Positions 24,268 through 38,700 of a stretch of 64,000 bases of DNA are shown piece by piece (within the stretch, counting starts at the first letter, position 1; each line of letters begins with the position of its first letter). The position numbers and the translations under genes were made by a program. The notes beneath the pieces are model-generated. The model was given only the letters and a program-made list of their open reading frames with translations. It was not told the origin of the DNA and made no database searches. Location: assembly GCA_010093815.1 (NCBI GenBank), contig ML996581.1; one strand, written 5' to 3'. Origin of the DNA: Pseudovirgaria hyperparasitica. Taxonomy: Eukaryota.

Positions 24268-25719
24268 ATGGCGGCCTTAGGCATCGTAACACCCCGGTAT
24301 ACACCGGATATACCCCTACTAGTATAGTAGAAACGGCCATATAGCGATATTAATATAGATAGCTAGACACCTATCTAAAATATAGGAACTAACTAAGGGT
24401 ATAAAGCGCTATAGATAACCTAGACTAAGGGGACCCCGAGAGGGGAGACCCTCCTAGATAAAATTAAATACTAGGTAATACGTGTAGAGAGGGACGCTAA
24501 GGAGGGAAAGAAGACCCTTCTTTATATATTCCGGGACCTTATCTAGAACCTAAGAGAAATCACGGAGAAAGAAAGGAAGTCGCCACGAGAGGAACCTAGT
24601 AGTAGGCTTGACCGAATAGAAGCTAGCCTACGGAGAATCTAGGAAGAGCTATCCTAAGGTAAGCGCCCTAATACGTGGGCTTAGATTATAGTAACACCCG
24701 GAGCCACCGTACTAAGAACTACTAGAACTATAGATAGAGTATATAGTATACGTATCGTAATCTAGGATAAGAACACGCTAGCGTAGATCTAATAGGCATC
24801 CCTAAAGGAAATTATAAATAAGATTAATGAATAGAAAGGAATGTAGTTGAGCGTCGTGGCTACTAAAGTTACGCTAGGTAGGGTAGTACTTACTACTATA
24901 ACGAATACTACGTAGTAAAACATCTTATAAGATCCGAATATAATAGGTAGTATCTTCCCTAGCGCGTCTATTAGAGTAGCCATATACCCGATTATAGTAT
25001 ATATAGTATCCGTGCGGGGATAGGCTATCGGAGCGGAGAATATTACGCGTATAGAATAATCTAATACGCGAAAATACCTAGGGATTAAGATCGTGAAAGC
25101 GTGGTAGAAGAACCTATAGGCGATTAAGACGACGGTAAAAAAACACTCTACTATAATTATAGAGCTCCGAGACCCCGCCCTCGTATAACGCATTATATAG
25201 AAGGGATTCCTAATAGAAGGAGAGCTTCTTATAGCCGAGCTATAGAATAGGATATAGGTAATAATATAGTGCTTTAACTATTAAGGGTATAGATATACTA
25301 TATAAAGGTACTTATAGAAGACTAAGTGCGGATAGTACCGTAGGGACCATGCTACCTAGAAGTGCCCTTATGAACCGCGAGGAGACGGACCAAGAAATAG
25401 GGATATAGTATAGTATTTAAACTACGACGGGAAACACCCGTCGTGGTCGTTAACGTGTATAAAACGTAAATAGATTATAGAATATATTTATATAATAAAA
25501 GCGAGAGACGCGAGATAGTTATAGAATATAACACCTATTATAAGCCCTTCCTTTATAATATCCCTAATCTCCTCTCCGGAAGGTAGTTAGGTAGGATAGT
25601 AGACTATCCTAAAGACGATAGGACGACTAAAAGGTATAGTTAAAGCCGCTACCGCGTGAGGACAGTCGCGCCTCTAAGGAATAAGTATATAGGTATATAT
25701 ATTCTCTAGTATCTAATAA
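24268..25719 (+). pseudogene. LINE ORF1 (gag-like, CCHC knuckles)
   Basis: ATG at 24268; 484 codons in frame to a TAA that overlaps the ORF2 start; de-RIPed CFNCQGYGH (~25270). Confidence 0.85.
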
Positions 25720-28700
25720 GGGACTAGAATATACTCCGAATTATATAGGTAAACGTATAATATAAAAGAGAGAACTAGGCGACGCTCCTTAAAGAGACCG
25801 GGGCCATAATACTCGCCATCTAGGAACCCTATAAACACTACTAGACGAGTAAACCAACCACACACCCCGGATACCATACTATATACCCTCTAGGACTAGA
25901 AAGACGAGTCCTCTTCTACATTTATAGGTTAATACTACTCTTATTATAGTCGTATACTAAGCGCGATAACCTTAGGATAATACTACACCTATAAATAGAT
26001 ATAGGCCCTCTATATATATATAATATATATAACTAATAACGTGTACTTATACTAGACGAGATACTCGAGGGTACCACGGAACTAGGGTAATACATCCTCC
26101 TAGAAGACTTTAACCTCTACTACTAATAGTAGGGAGGCCTAGCCATGGTTAGGGAAGAACTTAGAGTAAGGGAACTACGTACCCGCTACTACGACTTCCT
26201 ATACCTACTTATACCTATAGAATAAGTTATATAGAAAAAACATAAATAGGATAAAGACGGGTCTATACTTAACCTTACCTTCGCCACGGAGTATATTAGT
26301 TACTAGATCTAATACTACCGCCTAGGCTAGGTATAGACGGATTCTAACCACGAATACATGGAAACCATAATAAACGTATATACCCCGAATGAATAACGGG
26401 GACGATAGATATAGAAGGATACTAACTAGGAAAAGTACCTAAAGGACCTGGAATCGGCGATCCTAGATCCCTCTATAGTTAATATATCTAACGACCTAGC
26501 TATAGACCAGGCCGTATAGATACTCCTATAAATATATTAGAATACGAGAAATAAACACGTACTATACTAAATATACCGGCCCCTAGAAGTAAAGGGGATT
26601 CCTTAAGTACGGGAAAGTAGATAAGACGCCTAAAGGCTATATACACGCGTATACCGTACGAGAACACCTAAGTCGTAGAAAGAATAGAAGGAAGTAATAT
26701 AATAATACGATAAAGTCCTCCGTAACGAAAGGCGTAAATAGTAGTATATAATTACTAGTTAATAGACACGATACGTAATAGGGCTATAGCGTATAGCGAA
26801 ATAGGCTAAGGGCGTAGACACTCCGACACCCCCGCTACTTATGCCTCCCCTAATATATTAGAGGAGAATATACTCTATAAGCCTTAAGAAAACTAAGGCC
26901 CTACGGGAGGCTATATTCCCTCTCCTAGAACTAGTAGACCTATTAGACGTTCACGGCGCTAAATATCTATACACGGTAGACATCCCCGAAGAAGTTACGG
27001 AGGAGGATATACTTAATATTATTAAGATACTCCTAAATGATAAAGCACCTAGACTAGATAGAATTCTAAATCGATACCTAAAAAGCACTATAAAAGCGAC
27101 CCTACCGCTTATTACTCGTATATTCTAAGCATACGTCACGTAGGGGTACCACCCCTAGAGCTTCCGAGTCGTCTATACTATTATACTCCTAAAACTAGGA
27201 AAGAGCCCTAACTCTCTAAAGGGATAGAGACTAATCGCCCTTCTCTCCTACCTAGGTAAGATACTAGAGGCTATGATAGCGAAGAAGATAAGTACCGCGG
27301 TATAGAAATATAATCTCCTCTCTCCGAACTAGAAGGTAAAGATAGATAGCTCCCTAATAATAGCTATCTAATATATTATTAAAGTCGTCTAGGCCGTATA
27401 GAAATAGGGACGGGTAGTATCGCTTCTCTCCCTCGATATGGCCGGAGCGTTTAATAAGGTAAACCATATAAGACTTATTTATAACCTCTAGATAAGACGA
27501 ATACTAGAATGGATTATACGCTTTATATAGTCATTCCTCATAGGAAGAATAACTTAGATATATATCCCTAGGTACTAGAGCGAATATAAAGAGACGGCAT
27601 ACGGCATCCCATAAGGGAGCACCATCTCTCTAATCCTATTCCTCTTCTTTATAGTAGATCTTCTTTAAGGAATAAAGTATATAGAGGTAGTCGGATACGC
27701 CGATAATATATACCTCCTAGCTATTAATAATAATACCAACCGAACGTATAGACGACTAGAATAGAACTATAAGAGGTGCCTCTAGTAGGTAAAACGCTAT
27801 AGAGTAAAGTTCGCCCTGGAGAAATACCAGCTCATGCACTTTATTAATCGTTAAGGGAAATAGGTAACTAGGGAAGGCGAATAACGCCCCCGAATCGACG
27901 CATTTAACGAACTACTAGTATAAAGTATACGCGCGCTTAGAGTCATACTAGATGGCAAGCTTAAATAGGGACCATAAGTAGCATACGCCGTCTCTAGGGC
28001 CCTCTAGGTAGAAGCCGCTATATAACGGATTATAGCCTCCACGTAGGGAACCGCCCGGGATAAGGCACGCTAGCTATATATATCTATGGCACGACCCGCC
28101 TTCACGTACGGATATAAGTGCTAGTATATAGCCCTTATATAGACTAGGCGAATAAAGCTCGAATCTATATAGAACCGTATACTCCGTCTTATATTAGGCG
28201 TATATAAAGCTACTAACACGGTGCTACTATAACGCGAGACAGACGTTATAAGTATATATAACTTCTACTAGATATAGAGGGTAGTATACTTTACTAAATA
28301 ATAAGCATAGGAACGCATAGGAAACGTAGAATATACTTTCGCCGCGCTACGTGCACGAATTAGCATATATTACCGCGTACTCCTATATATAGGCTAGAAT
28401 CGAATACGGTATAGGTGCTTAATAGAAGCCGACTCTAGCTAAGTAGTATAAGAAGTCCGAGATAACCCGGACGCTCTCCTAGACTAGTAGAGCCTTTAAG
28501 AACTTATGAAAAATATACGGTCGTGGACTTAAGATAAGTAGAAAGAGGCACTCTATGCCTACTAGACCTCCTAGTAGAATAGGTACCTAGAGTGGATTTA
28601 AGGGCTATAGAAGGAACCGAGTAAATAGATATATAAAGGGCTAACGAAAGCCTAAGTATCTATACTTATCTAAGCCCGAACGGGCGCCATGGGACTTCTA

Positions 28701-29039
28701 TACTATATCTATAAGAGAGGCGTTCCCGATACCTCCCTATAGTGTAAGGCGTGCGGTCGGAGAGGTATAATACGCTACTATCTAGCTATATACCCTAACC
28801 TCTATATATAACGGTAATGGCTTATCCACGTTACGAAGACTTTAGATATCGTATAATAGCTTAATAAGTACCCTAAGGACGTCTCCCGATAGATGCTTAT
28901 ATATCTACTACTCCTCTAGTACTAGTGGACCCGGAAATATATACCGGAAGAGACCTAGTATACGCCGGTAGTAACCTAATATATACCGGAAGAACCCCGG
29001 GAGAACCCCGATTATTAGTTAAGGGTAGCCCTTAACTAA
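25716..29039 (+). pseudogene. LINE ORF2 (AP endonuclease, reverse transcriptase, C-terminal Zn motif)
   Basis: AIQEP, GDFN-like and SDH-like endonuclease motifs; PQGS-like and GYAD(D) RT motifs (~27693); CKAC..H....C (~28743). 1108 codons in one frame. Confidence 0.9.
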
Positions 29040-31947
29040 TAGCCTCCGCATCTATACGTGCTACCTAAGGGTAAAATAACGGTAATATAGACTATAGGCT
29101 AATAGGCGTACCCTATAGCTATATACTTAAGACGAAATAGAGGTTTAACGAGATATAGTTATAGATATAAGGAAGTTTTTCCCTATGGGGTTTCTTTTTA
29201 TATAGTGGCTTAGACTAGAGGAGGCATAGGCCTATAGAGTACTACTCTACCTAGTTATACAATATTATTATTATTATTATTATTATATATAATATAGTAT
29301 AATAAGTAGGCCGGATACTTAGCCCTAGATCTCTATTCTCTACCACGAGTTATTTAATAAGAAATTTAACTATCTAATATATATTACTATAAGTACCTTA
29401 TAAGATAAATAGGCGGATCTTCTATTATTCTAATTCTAAGACGTTACCGTCGGGTATATCTAGCTCTTAGATATTACTTTGGCGCTCTTAGCTATTATCT
29501 ATTCTATTAATATAAAAGGATTCTATTATATAGAACTAGGTAGTCGTAGATACCTTAAAGTAGATTTAAAGGATTATAATAACGATATATACCGCTTTAA
29601 AGTCCTTCAATTTCACCTAGGCGTCCTTCTATTTAAATGCCTCGCTCTAAAAGTCTTTAATAAGGTTAGACGTTCTTCTAAAGTACCTAAGGTACTAATT
29701 ATATTAATAGATATAGTTACTAATATAACTTAAGCTTATTCTAAATATTTTATTCGGACTAGCGATACTAGTTTAAGTATAATTAGATTATCCCTTACTA
29801 TACTTATAGAGTTTATAGACGTTCTAGCTTTAGTTAGCGTATAAACCTATAATAAGCTTACTAAGTAATATATTAATATATACTAGAAACTAACCTACTA
29901 CGCCGTATAAGCTTCTAGAGATAGTAGCGTAGATGACTATACTACTTAGAATGTATTTAATATGATAGTCCTTAATATTATTATAGACTTAGTGTCTATA
30001 TCTCTAATATATAGGTCCTCTAACTCTAATAATAAGATTCTAGATTATAGTATAGAGCCTTAGGATACCCTTATTACTCTTTCTAAATTATCTATATCCC
30101 TAGATAATAATAAGAATATAAATATAGAATATAGTCACGATGTTATTAGCGACGAAGGTTCTATTACTAGCCCTATTACTAATATATATATACTCCTAAT
30201 ATTATCTAAAGTCTACTCTAGTATTCTATCCCCTTTACTACCCTCCGTATAGAATCTAATACTTAGTAATAACTATCTAAATCTTTAACCCGTTAACTAT
30301 AACTACTACGTTAAAGATTATAAAAGATTCTATAATCTCTAGAATATTATATATTTAGAACTATCTCTCTAATAATAGTATATCTATATATAGGCGATAG
30401 ACGTACTTAGAGCTTAGTTCCTACTTTATAGCTATAGAGGAGCTAGGAAGAGCTATTTATAGCTTTATCTACTACTAGCTATACTTCTAATTAACGAAAT
30501 AAATAATACTCCTATTATCGCTTATACTACTAAGGTAGTTATTCTATCTAGCGATATAATAGCGTACCTCCCTATACTAGGTTCCATCTAAATATATAGA
30601 ATATATATATATATTATTATCGGTCTAACTAACGAAACCTACGACGACGCTATAAGAAAAGTATATAAATATATAAGTAATATATTTACTTACTATAAGT
30701 CTCTAAAGATACTAGTTATTCTTTAAAGATACCCCGAAGCCGTTAATTAAGAGGTTTTCTTTACTATAGCTAGACTATCTTATTACGGCGACCCTCTTAT
30801 CGGGCTAACCTAGAATAATATAATAGATAGTACTATCCTTACGTAAGCTTAGGCCGACTATAGTAAATAACTATTAGAATATAGTACGGATCCCCGTACT
30901 TATCTATAGAAACTATATACTAGTTATATTATACTTAAGGTTGTTAGACTTATTAAATCTTAATACTAATATAAATAGATCTCTAAGAATTTCGAGAAAG
31001 AAACAGCTTGGCTATTATATACTATCTATAAATATTATACTTATAATAAGGATATATCTAAGGAGGAGTATAATAGAATAAACGAGCTATACCTTACTAC
31101 CTAGAATCTAGTTACTATCTACGCCTAGATTTATATAGGGACCCTATATATTATAAATATCGCTAACGTAGTCTATAATATATATCTAATTTTAGTTATA
31201 ATAGAAGAGGCTACGTATATCCTTAAAAGTAATATACTTAGAATTATTATTAATTATACTACTATAGAATAGTAACTAACATTTATTTACGTCGGCAACC
31301 TACGCTAGCTTAACATCTACTAGTATAATAGTACTAATATATAGGCCGCGAACTAGAGGATCTTCTTTATAAAGCGCTAGATATAATATAGTTTTCTAAC
31401 TACTTAACTTACCAAGTTAGAATACTTAGTTCCTAGAATAATAAACGTTATATTACTAATTACTTACTTAGGCGAGCTAACGACCTTACCCTATATAATA
31501 AATAATATTAATATACTACTCGTAGAGACCGTTTAATAAATATTTAGAATCTATAGCTATTAATACGTTATATATACTAACGTTAATAGAGATTATATAT
31601 ATATAGTAAATAACTTAATATATAATATAGACTTATTATATTTTACTTAGTAGATTATTACTAAGCTCTTCTATTATAGCGTTATACTTAATCGCGTACT
31701 CTATATTTCTATATACGCTGTCTAATATAATCTATTTAAAGAGATAGTTAGAAACTTGCTTCTAACTATACTTACCGTAGTAGATAAAGCTTAATTTAAT
31801 ACCCTACCTAAGCCGGTATAGAAGCTTATCTAATGGCGTTTATAGAACGGTTCTTAGAGTTATAATAATAATATAGTCCTTATCGACCCGGTCTAAACTA
31901 ATTACTTCGGCTTCCTCTTAGAAGTAAACCGTAATATTATTACTATT

Positions 31948-32548
31948 TATAAGGAGGCAGGCTCCACGTACCAACCAACTATACTAAAAGGACCGAATCT
32001 TAAAGCTACTACTTCAAGGGTGGAGTACACTACTTATATACGACTACTATACATATGTAGAATTAACTGGTAGGCCACGTGCTCCTTATGTACCTAATAT
32101 TATCTCCCTTCTCGAAGGCGCGTGTCCTTACGCGTCGTAGGTATACTACCTTACGAAAGATAAACTAAACTAGCCGTAACGGGCCTAGTATAAACGATGT
32201 ATACATATAACTAATACTCGTAATGCCGCCTCTAGCACTAGATACGCTAACTTACCATAGTAACGTTACTACCATGTTATCCGTCACGTGTATAAAGTAT
32301 ATATAATATGGTAAGCTAAACGAAATCGTGCGAAATTTAATAACGGTTAACTAGACCGAGAGTTAAACCCGTAACCCCGTAGTAGCTTTAAGATTATATA
32401 AGGAGGCGGGCTCCACGCACTAACTAACTATACTAAAAGAACCGAATCTTAAAGCTACTACTTCAAGGGTGGAGTACACTACTTATATACGACTACTATA
32501 TACATGTAGAATCAACTAGTAGGCTACGTGCTCCTTACGTGCCTAATA
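31948..32548 (-). mobile_element. TRIM copy 2 (601 bp), inserted in helicase motif VI
   Basis: Reverse complement of 15847-16447. LTRs at 31948-32099 and 32397-32548. 5 bp TSD CTATT at 31943-31947 and 32549-32553. Confidence 0.95.
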
Positions 32549-33048
32549 CTATTACGCGTACTAAATAGATAATAGTTATTATTACTAACTTTATATCTCT
32601 TAAGAGGTAGAAAGTCCTAGATAGCGTGCTTAGTAAGATATAGAATAAGTATTCTAAGATTTATACAATATATACGTACATGACCCCCGATCTAGATAGC
32701 CTCCCTCTACTCTCTAATATATCTAATCTCTAATATAGTTACTCTATATTTAGTATTAGAGAGAGGGGAGAACGAAGCGATTAATAAACTACTAATAGTA
32801 CTAAGCCCCGTAAGCCGCTAGTCTACTATAAATATAATATTAAAGGATATAAGTCTATTAAGTATCTAAGAGGGTCGACGCTTATATATAATAACTATTA
32901 GGATATTAGCTATAAAGCTAATATTTACTCTAAACCCAAGACGCTTACGGGTACGTTTTATTATAATTATAAGACTACTAGTTATACTTAGCGTTATTAT
33001 CCTAGCCGTACTAAATTACTAGCACGTATAAATAGTAATAATCTAGTT

Positions 33049-33120
33049 AATACTACTAGAGCTAATACTACTAGACCTAATACTACTAGAACTAATACTA
33101 CTAGAGCTAATACTACTAAC
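33049..33120. repeat. 15 bp tandem repeat, ~5 copies (AATACTACTAGAGCT)
   Basis: Directly visible; in frame in the helicase tail. Confidence 0.85.
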
Positions 33121-34199
33121 GAAGTAACTACTAGCGGCTAGGACGATAGAGACTATAAGGATACTAACCGAGACGGCGGTATTATAATATATAAAGATAT
33201 AGAAGTTAATTAGTAATAGTATATAATTAGACTTACGTGTTAGAGCTACTTAGTTATAGCTTCTTAGTAAGTATACCTCTATATCTATTTTAGATATAGT
33301 TATAATATTCTACTAGATAGATAGTTTAGCTCTATTAAAGACCTATTAAGGGTATTTCTATTACGTCTACTCTAGTATAGACGCGCTATTAGATAATATA
33401 GCGCTACTAGGTACGTTAACTAGTATCTACTAATTAAGAAATAAATACGATTCTTTATCTACTATAAGCCCCGGCCTAATAATATAGACTTCCTTTAGTT
33501 ATCCCCTTTATACTTTTAAAACTACTTCTAGCCTTTATATTAGGAGATATTACTATCTAAAGAGAAAATATAAAAAAATATACGCCCTAATTAAAGCCTC
33601 TACCTTTAGACTTTAACTATAATATATATAGAATATAGTAAACCTAAATATCGTGTACTTTAAAAGTATAGAAGGATATAATACTTAAATATAACGAAAT
33701 ATAGACGCACGATACTCGGAGAGTACCTAGAGATAAGTATATAAATATAAAATAGAATAAGACTAACGCGGTACCTTATATATATATAGCTATATACTAT
33801 TCTAGATGTAGTTACCTATAATATAATATTACGAGTTAAGAATTATAGCTATCTAATTCTATTAAGGGTATTAGACGATATAAAGTAAATAACTACACGT
33901 CTAACTACGCCATGCTAAGCCACGTGCGTGTTATAAACGCGTATTTAAGGAATAATAAGAATATAAATAAGTTTCACCTAGTAGATACCTCGTTATTCCG
34001 GCTTCTACCTCTATTATCTAATCTATATCTCCGTCTTCCTTACGCCTATAATATACTATATATATACTATATAATTAGTCTATAAATTATAAATACTATA
34101 TTAACTATATACGTTAACTATATATAATTAATATATTAAATCTAATTCTATAATAAAGTAACTATCTAAATATAATAATTACTATAGTACTACTTCATA

Positions 34200-35430
34200 T
34201 CTTAAGTCTAGATATATAAGTAAAGTATAAAGCTATAGAGGCGCGTATAAGGTAGCTATATATAGAAGTATATATAGCTACTCTACTTATAGACTATAGA
34301 TATTAAACTAAGAACGAGCTTAGCGTAAAAAGAGTATATAAGATTATTAATAAGATAGCGGGCGAATTCCTAGTAGTATAGAAAAGAGTAGTAGAGTATA
34401 TAGAGATAAAGGCGCTATACTATATCTATAACTAGGTACGTACTATAGTATAGAAAACTATATATTATAGAAAAACTATCTCTAAGTATAAGAAGAGGCA
34501 TGTAATTATAGCCCTATATTCTACGACCTTATGATCCCCGCCTATTATAACCTTATAATCTCTATCTATCGCGACCTTATAACCTCTATCTATTATAATC
34601 TTATAGCTCTTATATACCACGATCTTATAGTCTATACTTATAGTAGTCCTATAGCCTACTAATATATATACTATAAGAAAAATCGAATTTATAATTAGGT
34701 TTAATAATAATATATTCCTTAAAATACTAGTACCTATATCTAACTAGTAGAAAGATTATAGTAACGCTTCGTATATTAATTTAGTAGTATTTATATAGTA
34801 AATTAGGGTCTAATATATAATAAAGACTAGGAGGGCACTTAACTAGAGCTATACTACCATATATTCTATTATACTACTAGTTAAGTATATAATAAGTAAA
34901 ATAGAACTAGAGATAGATATTAGATAGCTTCTATAGTTACTAATTAAACGTATTCTAGAATATAGTAATAGTATAATACTCCTTAGCCTTAGATAGAATA
35001 TAGATAGTATACTAGAAGTAAAACGAAATATAAACCAGCGACTAATATATAATAGTATAGATAGCTATATATAGATTATACTTAAATGAATCTATCCTTC
35101 CGTCTCTAATACTATACTCGCTATAACTAGTATAATAATAGTAATAGAAAGCTACTATCTATAACGGTAGAGATACCCATAGAGATAGTATTATAGATAG
35201 TAGATAGTATTATCTAAACGACTCGACCCTTCCTCTAGTAATACTATATATACTACTATTAGTACCCGGAAAGCTATAAGACTAATCTATAAACTCTAAA
35301 GATAGTAACTTCGAAAGCCTTAGAAGTACCTTAGATATAGAGGATATAGATCTCGATTATAAAGAGTAATAGAATAATAAAAAGGGTACTAGGGGTAGTA
35401 AGAGTAGTACGCGTGTTTAGCCAAGGTAAT
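34200..35430 (+). pseudogene. RIP-degraded unknown gene with internal short repeats (~34520-34650)
   Basis: Coding-like frame (KYKAIEARIR...); no domain recognised. Confidence 0.3.
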
Positions 35431-35779
35431 ATAATACTAATATAAGACGGGTTCTATCTATAGTATATTAGTATATACCTAATTCTACTAGCTATATAAC
35501 TATAGTACGTATATTTAATTAAGATATTAATATACTAGTATAAGCCGGCATCTATCTATTTTATATCGGTATACGCCTAGTTCTACTAGCTATATTATTA
35601 CTCTAATTATATTTGTATAAGATCTATACTAATAATTAAATATTTACTTATATACTTTACTTTCTCCGTACTTTACGAAATTATATTATAATTGGTAAAT
35701 ATAGTAACTTAACCTCTACTACCTAAATATAGTTTTTAACTCTTATCGCTACTAACTCTATCTTATTACCTATAATCTA

Positions 35780-38700
35780 AGTTATATATAGAAATATATA
35801 AGTATAGTAAGAGTTACGACCGTCCTAGCTCGACTACTAGCTATAGAATAGCTAACTATAATATATACGTACGACGTACGGAGGCCTTAAGTATTAGCGC
35901 CTTTCTACTATATATCTAGTACCTCTAAGGTCTATACCGACTACCTAAAATAAGTTATAGTATATATAGAGATACTATTATTAAGATAGCATGCGGAAAA
36001 GTATTATAAGAGCTTAAAAATAGTAGTATAGATACTACTATACTTATTAGAATAGTTAAGGAAACCATTACTAAAGAATTTAATTAGTATATCGTGGCTA
36101 TAGATAGTAAGTTAGTACTAATAGTTACGGCCATAGATATAATAGAGGCTAAACTAGATATAGATATACTAGCTATAGATATATAGTTATAGTTACTATT
36201 AGAATATAAAGAGAAAGAGAATATAGAAGATACTAAAATAGAAGACGACGTAATAAGTATACTTAGATATATATATATACTCGGTACTAGATACTAATAT
36301 TAGAGTAGTATTAAAGATAGATGCGGCTATAATTACTAACTTAGATAATCTCTCTATAAGTACCGTTATATCTAGCGAAGCTTATATACGCGTAAATATA
36401 CTAGCTATAGATATATAGTTATAGTTACTATTAGAATATAAAGAGAAAGAGAATATAGAAGATACTAAAATAGAAGATGACGTAATAAGTATACTTAGAT
36501 ATATATATATACTCGGTACTAGATACTAATATTAGAGTAGTATTAAAGATAGATACGGCTATAATTACTAACTTAGATAATCCCTCTATAAGTACTATTA
36601 TACCTAGTAAAGCTTATATACACGTAAATATACTAGCTATAGATATATAGTTATAGTTACTATTAGAATATAAAGAGAAAGTAGTTATAGAAGATACTAA
36701 AATAGAAGATAACATAATAAGTATACTTAGATATATATATATATACTCGGTACTAGATACTAATATTAGAGTAGTATCGAAGATAGATACGGCTATACTT
36801 ACCGACTTAGATAATCCCTCTATAAGTACCGTCGTATCTAGCGAAGCTTATACACGCATAAATATACTAGCTATAGATATATAGTTATAGTTACCGTCGG
36901 AATATAAAGAGAAAGTAGTTATAGAAGATACTAAAATAGAAGATAATATAATAAGTATACTTAGATATATATATATATACTTAGTACTAGATACTAATAT
37001 TAGAGTAGTATTAAAGATAGATATAGCCATGCTTACCGACTTAGATAATCCCTCTATAAGTACCGTTATATCTAGCGAAGCTTATATATACGTAAATATA
37101 CTAGCTATAGATATATAGTTATAGTCGCTATTAGAATATAAAGAGAAAGTAGTTATAGAAGATACTAAAATAGAAGACGACGTAATAAGTATACTTAGAT
37201 ATATATATATACTTAGTACTAGATACTAATATTAGAGTAGTATTAAAGATAGATATAGCTATAATTACCGACTTAGATAATTATATAATAGATACCGTCG
37301 TGCCTCTAGATACTAGTAAAGCTTATCTATAGTTACTAGTAGTAAAGAGAATACTCTCGAATAATATAGTAAACCCTATAGATTCTCCTAAACGCTTAAA
37401 ACTAGAATATAGTATACTACTAGATATTAACCGGTAGATACTTAAGTACTAGGATCTAATCGGGTTAATAGACAATTTATATAGTAGAAATATATTAGAT
37501 ATATTAGATAATATATTAGTAGATAATATTACCTTTATTACTTATCCCCTAGGCGATAAGTCTAATAAAGATAAAGTAAAACTAGATACGGATAACGATC
37601 TTCTAGTAGATAATAACCTTAGTATAAAACTTTAGGAAGTATAAGTTATACTAAGTAGTAAGTAGAAATATATACTACTATACTAATATATCTATAGAGT
37701 ATTTACCGTTAATAACTCTAATAAAGTAATCTAAGCTATCTCTTATTATATAGAAGAGATATAGTTACTTACTATAAGTATATTTAGACTCGCGCTAGAT
37801 AATCTAATAAAGGACTTCGGCTATATATCTATTCTATATCTAGCCTTTAGTATAAGTAGGTTATATAGACTATAGGCCGGCTAATTACTCGCGGTAGTTA
37901 CTATATTTAAGTAGCGGACGGGTCCGTAGAACTACTAGATCTTAGTAGATAGTCTAGGGCTAGAGAAGACTATTATACTTATAATATTTATCTACCTTAT
38001 ATTCTATTAGGACTTTCTACGCGATAATATAGAACTATATCTAGAAAAGTATCTTCTACCGACTTAAGACCTAGGCATAGATAGAAAGTACCTAATATAA
38101 TCTCTATATCCGATTAAATATCTATATAGCTAGACTAATGAATTTAGTAAGGTGCCCTACCTCTAAGAACTATTTATACTATACTATCTAAGGAACCTTC
38201 TAGTATTATATTAGCTATAGCGCTTTAACTAGATATACTATAATGCGGATAGTATATTTACTAATAAAATCGATAAACGGAACCTAATAAAGATAGTAGT
38301 ACGGTTAGCGTACTCGAAAACCCTTCTTAATATCTCTAATATCTAATAACTCTTATCTATAGACGTATACTATCTAGCTAAGAGGTACCCTAACTCCGAA
38401 TAGGAATATCACGATAATATTAGTAATCCTATGAAATACGAGACCGGTAAGGAGTATATTACTAAGAAGTAGTTAATTTATGTTAATAAGACCGCTACTA
38501 TTAAATTCCCGTTATAATATACGAAGAATAATATAGTCTATACTACTATCTAAAGTATAGAGATCTAATATATTATAAACTTCGCTAGATACATAGTTCG
38601 AAAAGAGAAGAAGGCGAAAAAATTTAGCGCTAATATTATTTAAACCTATAATATAGTATTTATTAGTATATTTATAGTAGACGAGTTCTATACCTTAAAA

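Larger units (their letters stand above)
23994..29283 (+). mobile_element. Full-length LINE copy B
   Basis: TSD TATATATAATATAGTATA at 23976-23993 and 29284-29301; (TAT)n tail; ORF1 and ORF2 relics. Confidence 0.95.
22760..33215 (+). pseudogene. Upf1/NAM7/DNA2-like SF1 helicase with three C-terminal CCHC zinc knuckles, interrupted by LINE B and TRIM copy 2 (start approximate)
   Basis: De-RIPed Walker A GGAGKS (~30436-30453), Walker B IMEEA (~31198-31212), YVGDLRQL (~31288-31311), SQG.DDDIVL (~31852-31881) and GFL...NR..IAI/TRAK split by the TRIM. Knuckles at ~32824-32865, 32887-32928 and 32959-33000. Confidence 0.8.

Noticed and set aside
24252..24340. Hammerhead ribozyme from de-RIPed CTGATGA ... 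GAAA
   Set aside because: No stem II or III can be formed; the downstream sequence is the ORF1 start.
29284..33215. Helitron Rep/Hel
   Set aside because: Helicase motifs are Upf1-like rather than PIF1-like, and no HUH Rep motifs were seen.
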